Shown here: in pieces, positions 1 to 11,239 of the stretch
How positions within the stretch are numbered: the stretch's first letter is position 1
Layout: each line of letters opens with the position of its first letter
Assembly (NCBI RefSeq): GCF_964194155.1
Contig: NC_135884.1
Location: 32,054,001-32,118,000 of the forward strand
Direction of reading: 5' to 3'
Source: Cetorhinus maximus
Lineage: Eukaryota
Length of the DNA: 64,000 nt
The notes under the pieces: generated by a model
The model's database searches: none
What the model saw: only the letters and a program-made list of their open reading frames with translations
Told to the model about the DNA's origin: nothing
Translations under genes and position numbers: made by a program

Positions 1-329
1 ACCACTGCATCAACAGCCAAAGTACAAGGACCACTTTATTTGCGAGAGATTTGCATTTTGAGCCACAGTCTGCCCAATGGAATAAGATTGCAGTGTATTA
101 AAATGAAGCCGTACATCCAAAAAGCTAGTTGAAAAATTAGATGTGAGAGATCTGGTGCCTAATTTTCTGACTTGCTTTGGCTGTATGCGAAGGCTTATAA
201 GCCCAGTCTTACATTACTTGTGGCTTTTTTAATATCCAGTTGTTTCTGGAGTTGAATGTTAAATATAAGAGAATTGTCACCTAGCACTTTTTATTTTATT
301 TTAAGTATGGTCAACAAATGAGTATCGAG

Positions 330-1690
330 CTAAAGTAAAAGGCTTACACCAAGGCAAGGATAAGTGACTAGGAGAATTAAAAAGATACAAGCAAAGTAGT
401 GAGGTGCATTATGGGAATATGACAAAAAACTTTTAAATGATATCAAAGTTAACAGTAAACACTTTTTTGAATAAATAAAATAGATAAGTGGGGAAGGGAA
501 ACGTTGCCACATTAAAGATATAGATGCAGACAAAACTTTAATGTGCAACAGGGAAATGGCAAATCTGTTAAATTAGCATGTCGTATCTTTTCTCATCGTG
601 GAGGAATAGGGCAAAATAGTACAAGAGATGGTACAAGGGAACCTAAAGATAAGTCTAGGGGAAGAATCTAGCGTATTTAGAAGCTTAAAAAAGTAACGGA
701 GAAAATGATGGGATATCAAATATACTCATCTTTAGGACCTGATTGTTTTGATAAATGGTTTCCACCATAGGCTACTAAAGGAATTAGCTAAGGAAACTGT
801 AGCTGCAATAGTCATAATTTTCCAAAATTCTTTGGATTCGAGGATTGTGCCGTTGGATTGCAAAATTGCAAATGGCACTTCATTATTTAAGAAGTGTGGG
901 AAGAAGAAACTAGAAAGCTACAGACCTGCCAGCTTAACATCAATAATGGGAAAATTACTGAAACCTATCATCAGTGTAAGTGTGACAGAATACTTGGACA
1001 AGAAATAGCTGATCGAAGAGGGTCAGCATTTATTTGTGAAGGGTATGCCATGTCTGACTAATGTGCTTGAATTCTTTGAGGCAGTCGTTAACATGGGCGG
1101 ATAGGGAAGTGTCTAACGATACGATTAATATGGAATTCCAGAATGTATTTCAGGCGGTTCTGCACAAGAAAATTATTGCTGAAAATGAGAGTGCACAGAA
1201 TTGGAGGTACCTTATGACATGAGTTATTAATTGGTTGGAGGAAGGAGACAGAAAGTAGTGATAAAAGGTTTGTTCTCTGATTGTTGTAGGTGGCAGGTGG
1301 TGTTCACTGGAAATCTGTACTGCAGTGTCAACTATTCATATTAATGACTTGTACAAAGGAATAGAGAGTTGTGTATTCAAGTTTGCAGATGACACTCTTT
1401 TCAGAGGAACAGTAAGTTTTTGTTCGGGAGAAGAAAGTTGCAAAGAGACATAGACAAATTAAGTGAGTGGGCAAACCTACGGAAGGTGGATTCTCATGTG
1501 GGTTAGCATGAGATTATCCACTCTGACTTGAGAAAGACAAAGCAGGATGTTTTCTTAATCAAGAGAGATGAGAAGTGGTGGAGGAGCAAAGGGATTTAGG
1601 TGTCCATGAACCCAAATCACTAAAAGCTAGCTAAAAGATATAAAAGGTAATCAAAAAGATGAATGGGATGTTGGCTTTTATCTGCCTTTA
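330..1690 (+). mobile_element. Old, decayed CR1 LINE ORF2 (RT) fragment
   Basis: ORF 748-1008 (IIFQNSLDSRIVPLDCKIAN..LFKK..ESYRPASLTSIMGKLL) is the CR1 pre-RT block; 'aagtttgcagatgacac' (KFADDT) at ~1379; many stops; ends approximate. Confidence 0.85.
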
Positions 1691-3440
1691 ATTCTAGTTA
1701 ATTTAGTTCTACTGGTTATTAGTCAGCTGTTAAAATTCATTAACAGGCATTCAGGTCATATGGCACGAAGAGCAAATATTTTGCAAGCTACAAGAAATCC
1801 CAATACTCCAATGATTACAGTGTCAGGTAAAAAAAATGACAGCTCTGAAAAAAATCTGTTCTGCTAAAATCAGGCTCTGGTTAAGTACTCAGCAGGAAAG
1901 GAACAAACTGTATTGTATTAACAACGTTCAAAATTGATTAATTTATGAAATTGGAAAACAACAAAGTGATAAAAGTTGGAATTTTATTAGCTTTGGACAG
2001 GAGTAATAAAGAGCTCTACATTGAGCTCTTTATCAATTGATAATGTATTTAAAAGTTAAGTGGCTACAAACTACAACATGGATTACCTAAGGGGTTAAAT
2101 TAGTGCCCTCCTTCTCTTCTGATTTTACTGTCACTGTTAACTTAGGTGTTACTGACAGAGTCCAGTCTCCAACAAAAGTGCGAGTTTATCAACATCAAAG
2201 GCTATGCTGTCTTCTTTCATTTTTTTAATTACTCAAACAGCACAAAAATAACCAGTGAGCAGCCTAGATTCTGCAAAATATATCCGAGAATGAAAAATCA
2301 GCATTGCAATCCTGATTTCTTTTTTTTTGTTTACTCAGAGTCAGATCACCGCTTGAGGTATGATGTAGTGTTACAGCAGGGAATACATTTTGCTGATGTT
2401 TCGGGAATGGTCGATCTGCGTTTCTCCAACGGTGCTGACATTTACTTGGAGAAGACTGAAAGTTAGAATAGTTTGATTCTGAGATAATTCTTTTAGTTTG
2501 TGTACTCAGTTACAGCTGTAAGTTACCAGTGTTAACTCCCTCTGGATCCTATTTTAAACTAATCTTTTCATAACATTCTTCAAACATTCACATTTCCACA
2601 TTCTTCGAATTATTTAAGTATTGTTTTTACAGCCGATGGAAAGTGACAGAGCAACAAGCTTCTAGTACCAAGAAAGAATTGCTTTAAAAGAGACAGCATC
2701 TATATAACTTATGAGTAAAAGAGAGCTATGTTTGCTTTTCAGATAGGCCCAAATCACTGCAAGCTTTAGATAGGAGAAAAATATTTTTGCCTTTATTTGA
2801 TGATTACTAATTTGATCTCTTATATCTTTCTCTCTTTGAAGCGTTAGACGTTTCAGATAAAACTAATGTCTGACAATCAAATCAAGCTGAAAAGATTTTG
2901 ATGATTGAGTCAATTATTAATTGAGGAAGGGAGTGGGCTCTAAGGTAAATGAAAAACATCTCTCAAATAATATGGAAAGATCCCACTACTAATTACATAA
3001 TTTTCTTCATCTGAGAAAACAGAAGCTGAGAGAATGCAAACAGTACCACACAGAATGATGGGATGAAGTACATGAATTGTGATCTCGGTCGCTGCCTCTG
3101 AACTACAGTGTAGGTTTTAGCAAAATGCATTTTTGTTTTTAAAATATTCAATAGCTTCATACATTTAAATTTTGTTTAAATGTTATTCTTGGATTACTCC
3201 AAACCTCAACATTAAAAAGGATATAACATTGTAAATTTGTGATTTCTCCAATACATAATACCCTTTCTACATTTATATTATAAAAATCTTTGGAATATCA
3301 TTTTGCATTTCATTATTATATTTAGCATTTAAAGGATGTTAAATAACGTTCTTGTAGATCATTGTAATTACACACAATTTGTACTACAAAACATCAGGTA
3401 AATAACATTAAATCAAAATTGAGATACAGAACAAACTTAC

Positions 3441-3642
3441 TTATAAGACCACTATGCTGAGGAGCAGGAGAAAGAGAAAACTCACGGCAATTTATATTTT
3501 CAGTAAAATCATTGACAAAGTGCAACAGGCCTAATAAATGTATGCTTTCTTGTTGCCTGGAGGAGGTAGTGGGTGGAGACTTCATTGAACTGCACATCTG
3601 CATAACATCAAACACATCTAATTCAGCAGTGCATCCTTTGTC
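3441..3642 (-). pseudogene. Candidate exon (DKGCTAELDVFDVMQM...PAPQHSGLI)
   Basis: Acceptor tttcctttgtcccttgag, donor A|gtaagt, 202 nt open, phase 0>1. Confidence 0.6.
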
Positions 3643-5580
3643 CTCAAGGGACAAAGGAAACAAATAAATTAGAAGTTGAGAAAATTATGATGTTATTATG
3701 CAATTAAGATTTTGCTACATTTATTAACTGCAACATGTCAGTTCTTTGAATTGAATTTCGGCTTAGGAGAACAACTCTTTGTGGCAAAAACAATTTGTGT
3801 GTTCGCATTAGCAACAATTTGCTTTAAATAGTCATTGAACAGATGTAAAATATTGCTACACAACTTCCTGTTTCCCTGGAATGTATGTGGCAAGCTTCCT
3901 TGGGAAACATAATCTGTAACACCTTCTCACCAATGCTACGCAAACCATTAAACCATGAAAAAATCTGTTCATGTTCCTAGATTGGAGCATAAAATGTGGA
4001 ATTCCAATCCTACAACACTTCAGAAAAATAAGGATTTGGATTTATTCTAGCTTCCTCATGTTTGCTGTGTCTAGATTTCCAGTGAAATACAGTTTAGATA
4101 TAAATGCAGAGAATTGAAAAACGCACACTTCCAAATTGAATGCGTCTTCGGATCTGCCAACATCTGGGAACAAATCAGCTAATATATCATATAGTTACAA
4201 TAAACTATTTCATCTTGACTATAATGAAGCACAGGACAGCCTAAACTGTCTGTCCAGTATATGGGCACTATCAATTACTCTCTGAACTATGGGGACTCTG
4301 GAACCTTGAAACGTTCTATGGTTAGGTGAGCTGATGCTAACCTTTAACTTGGAAATGATGAAGCTACAACGTTAGCTTGGCACCCCTGTGGACAGCTGAT
4401 TGGTCGATTAAATATAGGTCACAGACTAGTGGCTCGAAGAATTCAGTGGTGTAAAGTTTCACACAGTGGCTATCTTCACACCCATAGGCAAAGTCATCTC
4501 TATGGTATAAACTGTCGACAAGACTGCTTGAAAGAAATGTCGCAGGGACGCCGGAGCCTCCCTTGCCAAACGAGAATAAAACTGCCCCGAAAATGTTACA
4601 GAGACTTTATTTACTGGAAGTGTTTGTGAGGCATGACTCAAATTTTGGTGTTCAGATAGTCACAACTGGGCTTGATAGCAATTTATTTTACTTTATTTCA
4701 ATTACCCATTACAGACAGCAACAAGTCTCCATCTGCAGCTCCATAAAACCTAGTAACACCCCTAGTTTCATTACTCATTGTCTCGCTCTCTCCTTTGTCC
4801 TTGTTACAATGGTTAATGCTATAAACTGCTGCTTTATATTTGATATCGCTAAGTTCCATTCCAATGAAATCATAACTAAGGAGTGCTCCACAAAGCACTG
4901 CTCCCATTCACATTGCCCAATTTGTAAAAGGCTGTTTTTGGCAGTAAAAAACAATCCTGCTATGACCTTCTGACTCAAGAGAGAGTGCTATTAACTGAAC
5001 TAAGCTTCCTGTACCTATGTATTTAATTTTTTAAAGCAGTACATACAGAGGAAGATGGTAGGCCACACATAATAGACAAAAATACAGGGGGAGAGGTACT
5101 GTGGTGATTTAAGACTGGTAATTGGGAGTGCTGGACTTTAATAGCAGAGTGCTAACAGAATTGTACAAAAGTTCAATAGTGCTTAGGGATGCAATGGAGA
5201 TGGAGTTTATTGGGAGATTCCTGGAGTTTGACATTAATGTGAATATCAGGTATGGCAGCACTGGGTGGGGTGGGGGTTGCTGGGTGGAAGTAAGTACCAC
5301 CATCTGTAGGCCAAAAGCGCAGTATTGCAGAGGATACTGGGTCCAGCATCATGGCAGGTGTCCTATGGTGTGCCAAAAGTGGAGTGATACTAAGGATTGG
5401 CAGCAATTTAGAGTCAGGTCTTGGGCAGGGGACTCTCTCATTTTTTTTGGGAGTGCGCGAATGATTTATTTAAGTGCATGGCTCCTTTCATTTTCTATTT
5501 GCACAGCAACTTAAAGGGGCCAGCTTGGGCACGGACTTTCGGGTTCCTACACAGCCTACAAGGAACATTGGTCCTGAGGT

Positions 5581-5679
5581 AACAAAGACAAAAAATGCTG
5601 GAAAAACTCAGCAGGTCTGACAGCATCTGTGGAAAGACAGAGTTAACGTTTCGAGTCCATATGACTCTTCTTCAGAGCT
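5581..5679 (-). repeat. Short Penelope-associated pLTR-type repeat carrying a hammerhead motif
   Basis: Shares 'gctggaaaaactcagcaggtctg(a/g)cagcatctgtggaaaga' with 27425-27560; its start matches the sequence at ~47385 next to the Penelope-like element. Confidence 0.7.
5641..5679 (-). ncRNA. Minimal type I hammerhead ribozyme
   Basis: Minus strand: agct-CUGAAGA-A-gaguc-auaug-gacuc-GAAA-CGUU-aacu. Intact CUGANGA and GAAA boxes, perfect 5-bp stem II, palindromic ACGU stem III, one mismatch in stem I. Confidence 0.75.
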
Positions 5680-6419
5680 TGGTCTTGGGTATGTCTGTAC
5701 TCAGCAAGAGGGAAGGCAGGGGGCTTGGGTGTATCAGGAGGTGGTGATAGGTTCTCCAAGCAACAACATAATGGGTATTCCAGAGTGTCGGAGCATTTTT
5801 GAAAAGGTTTTCCTGGGCCTAGGAATATTGGGGAATGGCCCCTGGAATCTAGCCAGTGGATTTCTGATATATTTTAGTATTGCTGAGGAGTGATCGACCT
5901 GGGACCACTGAGAACAGGTCCTAGAGTCTTCTAGCATGAATGATGAGATATGGCACTTCTGTTGGGATCTGAGAACAATGGAAGAAAGTTGTGGAATTTG
6001 GAAGCTGGGGGTTTCTGGGGGGGAAACAATTATGAAGCAAAGGTCAATGGCAGATGGGAATTTTGGATTTGAGAGTGGGTTGCACTTAGTGGACTTAAAA
6101 TGTATTAGTTGGCTCCGGATTGTTATGTTTGTATCTTCTGTTTTTGTTGTGAAGGTTGGATGTACTGTTACTATGTTTTTATGTTTGTAATGTTAAGGTT
6201 TTCTTTGTTTATGATTATGTTTATTAGAGGTTGCAAACGTGGTGAGAACCATGCATAGAAATTAAATTATGAGGAGTGCAGTTGGTGGAGAAGGCCAAAT
6301 GACATTAATGACATATATCTATAAAGATTGACAGCCATGCAATCCTACTATGCTTCACTGGCCTGGGTCCAGGTTGGATCTGTCCCCTCCTTAGTTACAT
6401 CCTGCCAATAATGTCCTAG

Positions 6420-6920
6420 TTAAAATGAAAAAAGAAAAGAACCAGACTGAAGTAGTAAAAAGAGAGACCGAATCAGGTAGAAGGAATGAAGAGAAAAGAA
6501 AATGCAATTGGGAAACATAAGAGCACAGAGCCCAGCAAAACAGAACAGAAACAAAGAAACAGATTTGGACCCAACAGTAACAGAATGAGACCAACTCAAT
6601 GGAAGAGGAAGAGGCAGAGAGAGAGAGAGAGAAGTACAAGACCAAGAGGAGGAGAACAGAAGAGAAAGAAGATGAGAACATAGACAGAGAAGCAGAAACA
6701 CAAAGATGATAGTGACAGGTGAGAGAAAGGCACCCCAACTCACTGTTGCTAGTGCGTATTGGAACACCAGCAACTGGAAAAGGAGGTGAAAATGGATAAA
6801 GTTAGGTGGCCATGATAAATTGAGAGGTGGGGAGACAGAAAATAAATGACTGAGTTTGGGGAGAAGAGAAAGTTGTGAGGACACAGGAAAATCAGGGAGA
6901 TAGAAGGAGATATATTCAAG
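6420..6920. repeat. Purine-rich (GA) low-complexity tract
   Basis: Strong A/G skew including (GA)n at ~6615-6632. Confidence 0.6.
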
Positions 6921-7022
6921 TATATATATTTGGAGTACGAGGGAAGAAGCATAAATAAGTGACATATATTTGATGTAGTGATATTGTAGGCCATTTAAAA
7001 AATAAAAACATGCTTTTCTTAC

Positions 7023-7101
7023 CATCTCATTTATAGAGAAAGGGGTGCATTGCTGCACAACCATACCTCCTGCCAAAGTATTAAACACATACTGAAAATT
7101 G
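7023..7101 (-). pseudogene. Candidate exon (NFQYVFNTLAGGMVVQQCTPFSINEM)
   Basis: Acceptor ttttaacag, donor ATG|gtaaga, 79 nt, phase 2>0 matches both neighbours. Confidence 0.6.
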
Positions 7102-7319
7102 CTGTTAAAATACATTATTGATTTTGAGACAATTCTCCAAGCTAGAATACTTAGTAAAATGCCTTATTTCATAAGGGTTACAATCCCCCATTTTGAGTTT
7201 GAGAGTAAACAGTCCGGCCTTTGAATAGTATCAGGCAGGCCTAAATACCTCAAGCTCCTTGCCAAATCCAGATGAAAATCCAAGCTTGTGTGTCAAACAA
7301 ATAACTCTATTAAACAAAA

Positions 7320-7460
7320 TGAACTTGCATTTATATAACACTTTTCATGTCACCAGAGTTTTTATCAAGTGCAATCGCCAATATTATGTAGGCAAACACA
7401 GCAGCCAATTTATGCAAAATAATAAATGAATGAATGACCAGTTAATCTGTTTTCGGCAGT
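7320..7460 (-). mobile_element. 3' tail fragment of Deu-type SINE
   Basis: Reverse complement of the tail 'atataaatgcaagttc' also seen at ~10340 and ~45770. Confidence 0.5.
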
Positions 7461-7999
7461 GAACATACAAACAGTATATGCCAGAGTTTGGCAACAAGAA
7501 CTGTTGATCTGCTGATGTGGTTTGCACAAGACCCAACAGAGAAGCCAGTTTAGCTATGCTGATTGGCACTGACCATGTTTGGAAAATCCACTGTCACTTT
7601 ACTCCAAAAACAGAAATTGATGCACTGTAAAACAGATATGCAAGTATAACAATATTTCACTGGTTGAGAGTCTGGCTTAAATTGTACTGAAATTGTTGTT
7701 CACATTTTCCTTTTATTGTTGCTGCAGGCAATTGTTAAATTTTGAAAAAATACAGTAAATTCTTTACAGTTAAACGTACTGCTTTGTGGCATGCATACAT
7801 TTTATAAACCCATTTTATGCCAGAACAATTATTTGTAAATTATTGATCTTGCTATGAATGAAAAAATATTTTGTCAGATCCAAACAGTTCTGAACTGCCA
7901 AATAGTGCTCTCAATCATTCTTCCAGTTCCATAAAGAGAGTAAATATACTTTTGAGCAACAAACCTAAAGTGAATAAAATTCTCACTAGCATACTGGTC

Positions 8000-8745
8000 A
8001 GTGTTTTTGGAGAGAGACTGTAGAATGTTGTGGTACAGAGGGATCTGGGTGTCCTCCTACACGAATCACAAAAAGTTAACATGCAGGTACTGCAAGTATT
8101 TAACAAGGCAAATGGAATTTTGGCCTTTATTGCAAGAGGAATGCCGTATAAAAGTAGGGAAGTCTTGCTACAGCTGTACTCGCTTTGATGAGACTGCACC
8201 TGGAGTATTGCGTACAGTTTTGGTCCCCTTATATATAGGAGGGATATATTTGTATTGGGGGCAGTTCAGTGAGTGTTCAGTAGACGGATTCCTGGGATGA
8301 AGGAGTTGCCTAATGGGGAAAAGTTGAGCAAGTTGTGCCTACACTTGTTGGAGTTTCGAAGAATGAGGGATGATTTTATTGAAATATATAAGATTCTGAG
8401 GGGGCTTGACAAGGTAAATGCTGAGAGGATGTTTCCCCTCATGAGGGAATCTAGAACTATGGGGCAGAATTTCAAAATAAGGGGACTCTCATTTAAGATG
8501 GAGATGAGGAGGAATTTCTTTCCTCAGAGGTCATTAATCTTTGGAGTTCTTGACCCCAGAGAGCAGTGAAGGCTGGTCCTTTGAACATATTCAAGAGTCA
8601 GACAAATTTTAAGGGAGTAAAAGGTTACGGGGGCAGGCAGAAAAGTGGGATTAAGACCACAATTAGAGTAGCCATGATGTTACTGAATGGTGGAGCAGGC
8701 TCGAAGGGCGAAATTGCCAACTCTTGCTCCTATTTCTTATGTCCT
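8000..8745 (+). mobile_element. 5'-truncated CR1 LINE 3' end
   Basis: ORF2 C-terminus (RRMRDDFIEIYKILRGLDKVNAERMFP) and 3' UTR hairpin (gaatggtggagcaggctcgaagggc...ctcttgctcc). Confidence 0.9.
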
Positions 8746-8844
8746 TATCGTCAGCTTGTGTGCCCACATACAAGTGTACCCTGTCATGGCAATTTAACTC
8801 ATCTGGTAGCACATAATTGAGGCAGAGAGTTTAGTGCAGTAAGA

Positions 8845-10360
8845 GGGGAGTGCTGAGTTGGCAGAGGTGCTGTAAGGAGATGTTAATCTGAGGCCCTGTC
8901 TATCTGCTCAGACAGACACAAAACATACCATGGCACTTTATCAAAAAAATGTCGTTTGGTAGCACAGGACTTGAGTATTGCTGAAAAAAGAGGCATGTCT
9001 AAATTTTCGTCTTGCATTCATCAGGACACTTCACAAGAATACCATTACAAGGGGAAAACAACAATTTATACTGTATGTGAAGAGTGCTGATTGGTTGGCA
9101 AGTGTCTGTGATCAGTGGAGGTGTTGCCATGGAGAATGCACTGTGATAAAGGCTGACAGTTAACTGCCAAGCATTGTTTAACCAGGCAGCTTGACCCTGA
9201 TCGGTCAAGGCATTGCCCTCAGGAATGAGTTGGCAAATGCTGTCACTCATTTTGTTTAGCTAAAACAGGCACAATATGTGTACATGTTCTTTCTGTCTGC
9301 AAAGAACAGGGCCCCATGTATTAATATATGTAACTTCCAGCACACACAAATGCACCACATTGCGAGCCTGACTGATAATCTTAAATTGGTTGTCAGTGTA
9401 ATTCTTAGCACACTGAGGATTATCTAGCAAATGTTGTCCAATTGTGGAATCACAGCTAATGTTGGACACTGTGTTTTGTAAGCACGGGCTGGTTGGGAAC
9501 AGTCTGTGAACAACGGCTAGGACATGCTGTTTTATATGATCCATCAGTCTTTGGGACATACGGCCTACATACCTAGTATCACACTAGCATTGAAATCCAT
9601 ATACCTCATTACTCATTTGTGACGTCTTTTTGGTTTGACAGAAGCATCCTGATAGTGGCAAATACCACTCATGTTGCCACCATATAATAGCAGTGTGAAA
9701 CATCTAGCTTCACCTGTTGCTCAAATTTTTGAGTTACCTTGCCCTTCCAGGGCAATCTGAGGTAGGCTGGGCACTTTTCAGGGCTGAAAGCAATGGCCTT
9801 AGGCCTGCTCATGAGTTTGCATGGCATGCAGCATGAAATGATCTGAACAGGGTAGCCATTATCAAAATAAGTGACAGCCATTCACTAACTCATTCCTCAG
9901 GGCAATGCCTTGACCAATCAGGATCAAGCTACTTGGTTTAAATTTCAAACAATGCTTGACAGTTAACTGTTAGTCACCATCGCTGGTGCATTGTCCATGG
10001 CAACGTCTCTGCCAATCTCAGTTCACTTGCCAACCAATTAGCACTCTCTTCACATACAGTATAAATTGTTGTTTTCCCCTTATATTGGTACTCTTGCAAA
10101 GTGTCCTAATGAGTGCAAGACAAAAAGCTTAGACATGTCTCTTTTTTCAGCAATTGCAAAAAAGCAGTGGGTTTTCCTGGCAAACATTCCTCCGACAAAC
10201 AATGTCACCAAAAAGATTAGCTGGTAATTCATTCACTTATTCTTTGTGTGACTTTACCTATAAAACATTGACTACACTTCAAAAGTTTTCCATTGGTTGC
10301 AATGTTATTTGGAATATCTTGAGAATCTGAAATACATCATATAAATGCAAGTTCTTTCTC
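8845..10360 (+). mobile_element. Deu-type SINE split by the Penelope-like insertion (pieces ~8845-8950 and ~10155-10360)
   Basis: gggagtgctg..ggcagaggtgctg..gagatgttaatctgaggccc core and ..atataaatgcaagttctttc tail, similar to 45390-45790. Confidence 0.6.
8951..10154 (-). mobile_element. 5'-truncated Penelope-like element (GIY-YIG end) flanked by inverted pLTRs
   Basis: Minus-strand GIY-YIG region (YGFQC*CDTRYVGRMSQRL..HIKQH..STIGQHLLDNPQC..F.IIS..LEVTYI..PVLCRQKE); ~280-bp inverted repeats 8977-9254 and 9863-10154. Confidence 0.85.
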
Positions 10361-10652
10361 TCCTGCATAAAAATTGCAAACAAATAGATGCATATATAGT
10401 GCTATACTGGCAAAGGTCAAAAAGGTATTCTTTAGTCTGGAATAGCTCCAATGTCTTTTTGGAGTGTTTATGTAAAACTTGCGTGATTATTGTCAGTACT
10501 TGGTGAATGGAATAAGCAATAGCTCTTATTCTATTACATATATGACTAGTGATGTCATGGAGGGCTCCAGATTTGCTGCTCCCTCCAATATTGTGGCTGC
10601 ATCCTTGAAGAAATGCTGCCAACTACAGACTACAACATCTGGGTGCACTTAC

Positions 10653-10816
10653 TTTATAAAATAACTATTTAAAGAGTTGTAGGTGGCTCCACTGAAATGA
10701 TCCAAGAATTGTAACCAGATTTTGATGTCATCTTCAATTCCTCTGATTGCAGCAAAAAAAAACTTTGCCGTGGATAATACAAGCATCTGTTGAATACGCT
10801 GCCAATAGACACAATC
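10653..10816 (-). pseudogene. Candidate exon (DCVYWQRIQQMLVLSTAKFFFAAIRGIEDDIKIWLQFLDHFSGATYNSLNSYFI)
   Basis: Acceptor tttcacttgtag, donor AA|gtaagt, 164 nt open in phase 0>2. Confidence 0.7.
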
Positions 10817-11023
10817 CTACAAGTGAAATTAAATTATCTGAGAATATACTGCACACTTTTCTTATCTGCATCTTGTGCAAGTATAGACTATAAACCTTCT
10901 CATCTAGGAACCTTGAAGGCATGATTATTGCTCTGCAAAAGATGAACATATTTACTGAACCCAACAGCCTCAATACAGATACAGAAACAAAAAGTATTTA
11001 CCACTTGTTGCAGTGGTTCCTAC

Positions 11024-11133
11024 CTGCTCAAGCTGGGATATGTAAACCATGAACAAAATGCCATCCAATGATAAAGGCAGCTTGACAACATTAGTCTTAA
11101 TGAACAGCACAGATTTGCATAATGCTGTGTTTC
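11024..11133 (-). pseudogene. Candidate exon (NTALCKSVLFIKTNVVKLPLSLDGILFMVYISQLEQ)
   Basis: Acceptor ctattactatag, donor CAG|gtagga, 110 nt, phase 1>0. Confidence 0.65.
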
Positions 11134-11239
11134 CTATAGTAATAGAGCAGATCCAACTAAAATCTAATCATGCAATGAACAGAAATATATTCCTTAGTTA
11201 GCAAAAACCTTGTATTATTTCCTGAATAATATCAATAGC

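Noticed and set aside
5020-5575. 130-aa ORF and G-rich tract
   Set aside because: No recognisable domain or splice support; probably an unclassified old repeat
6420-7115. 231-aa hydrophobic minus-strand ORF
   Set aside because: Mostly the complement of a purine-rich low-complexity tract; only 7023-7101 has splice support
10690-10745. EDDIKIWLQFLDHFSG resembling a DIRS/Ngaro RT-RNase H junction motif
   Set aside because: Lies in a splice-bounded exon with no other DIRS domains or repeats nearby
10734-10973. Apparent frameshift at the A9/T9 run in the GLCLLAAYSTD frame
   Set aside because: The phase-0 frame (DCVYWQRIQQ..FFF..) is fully open and matches both neighbours; the listed ORF is a different frame
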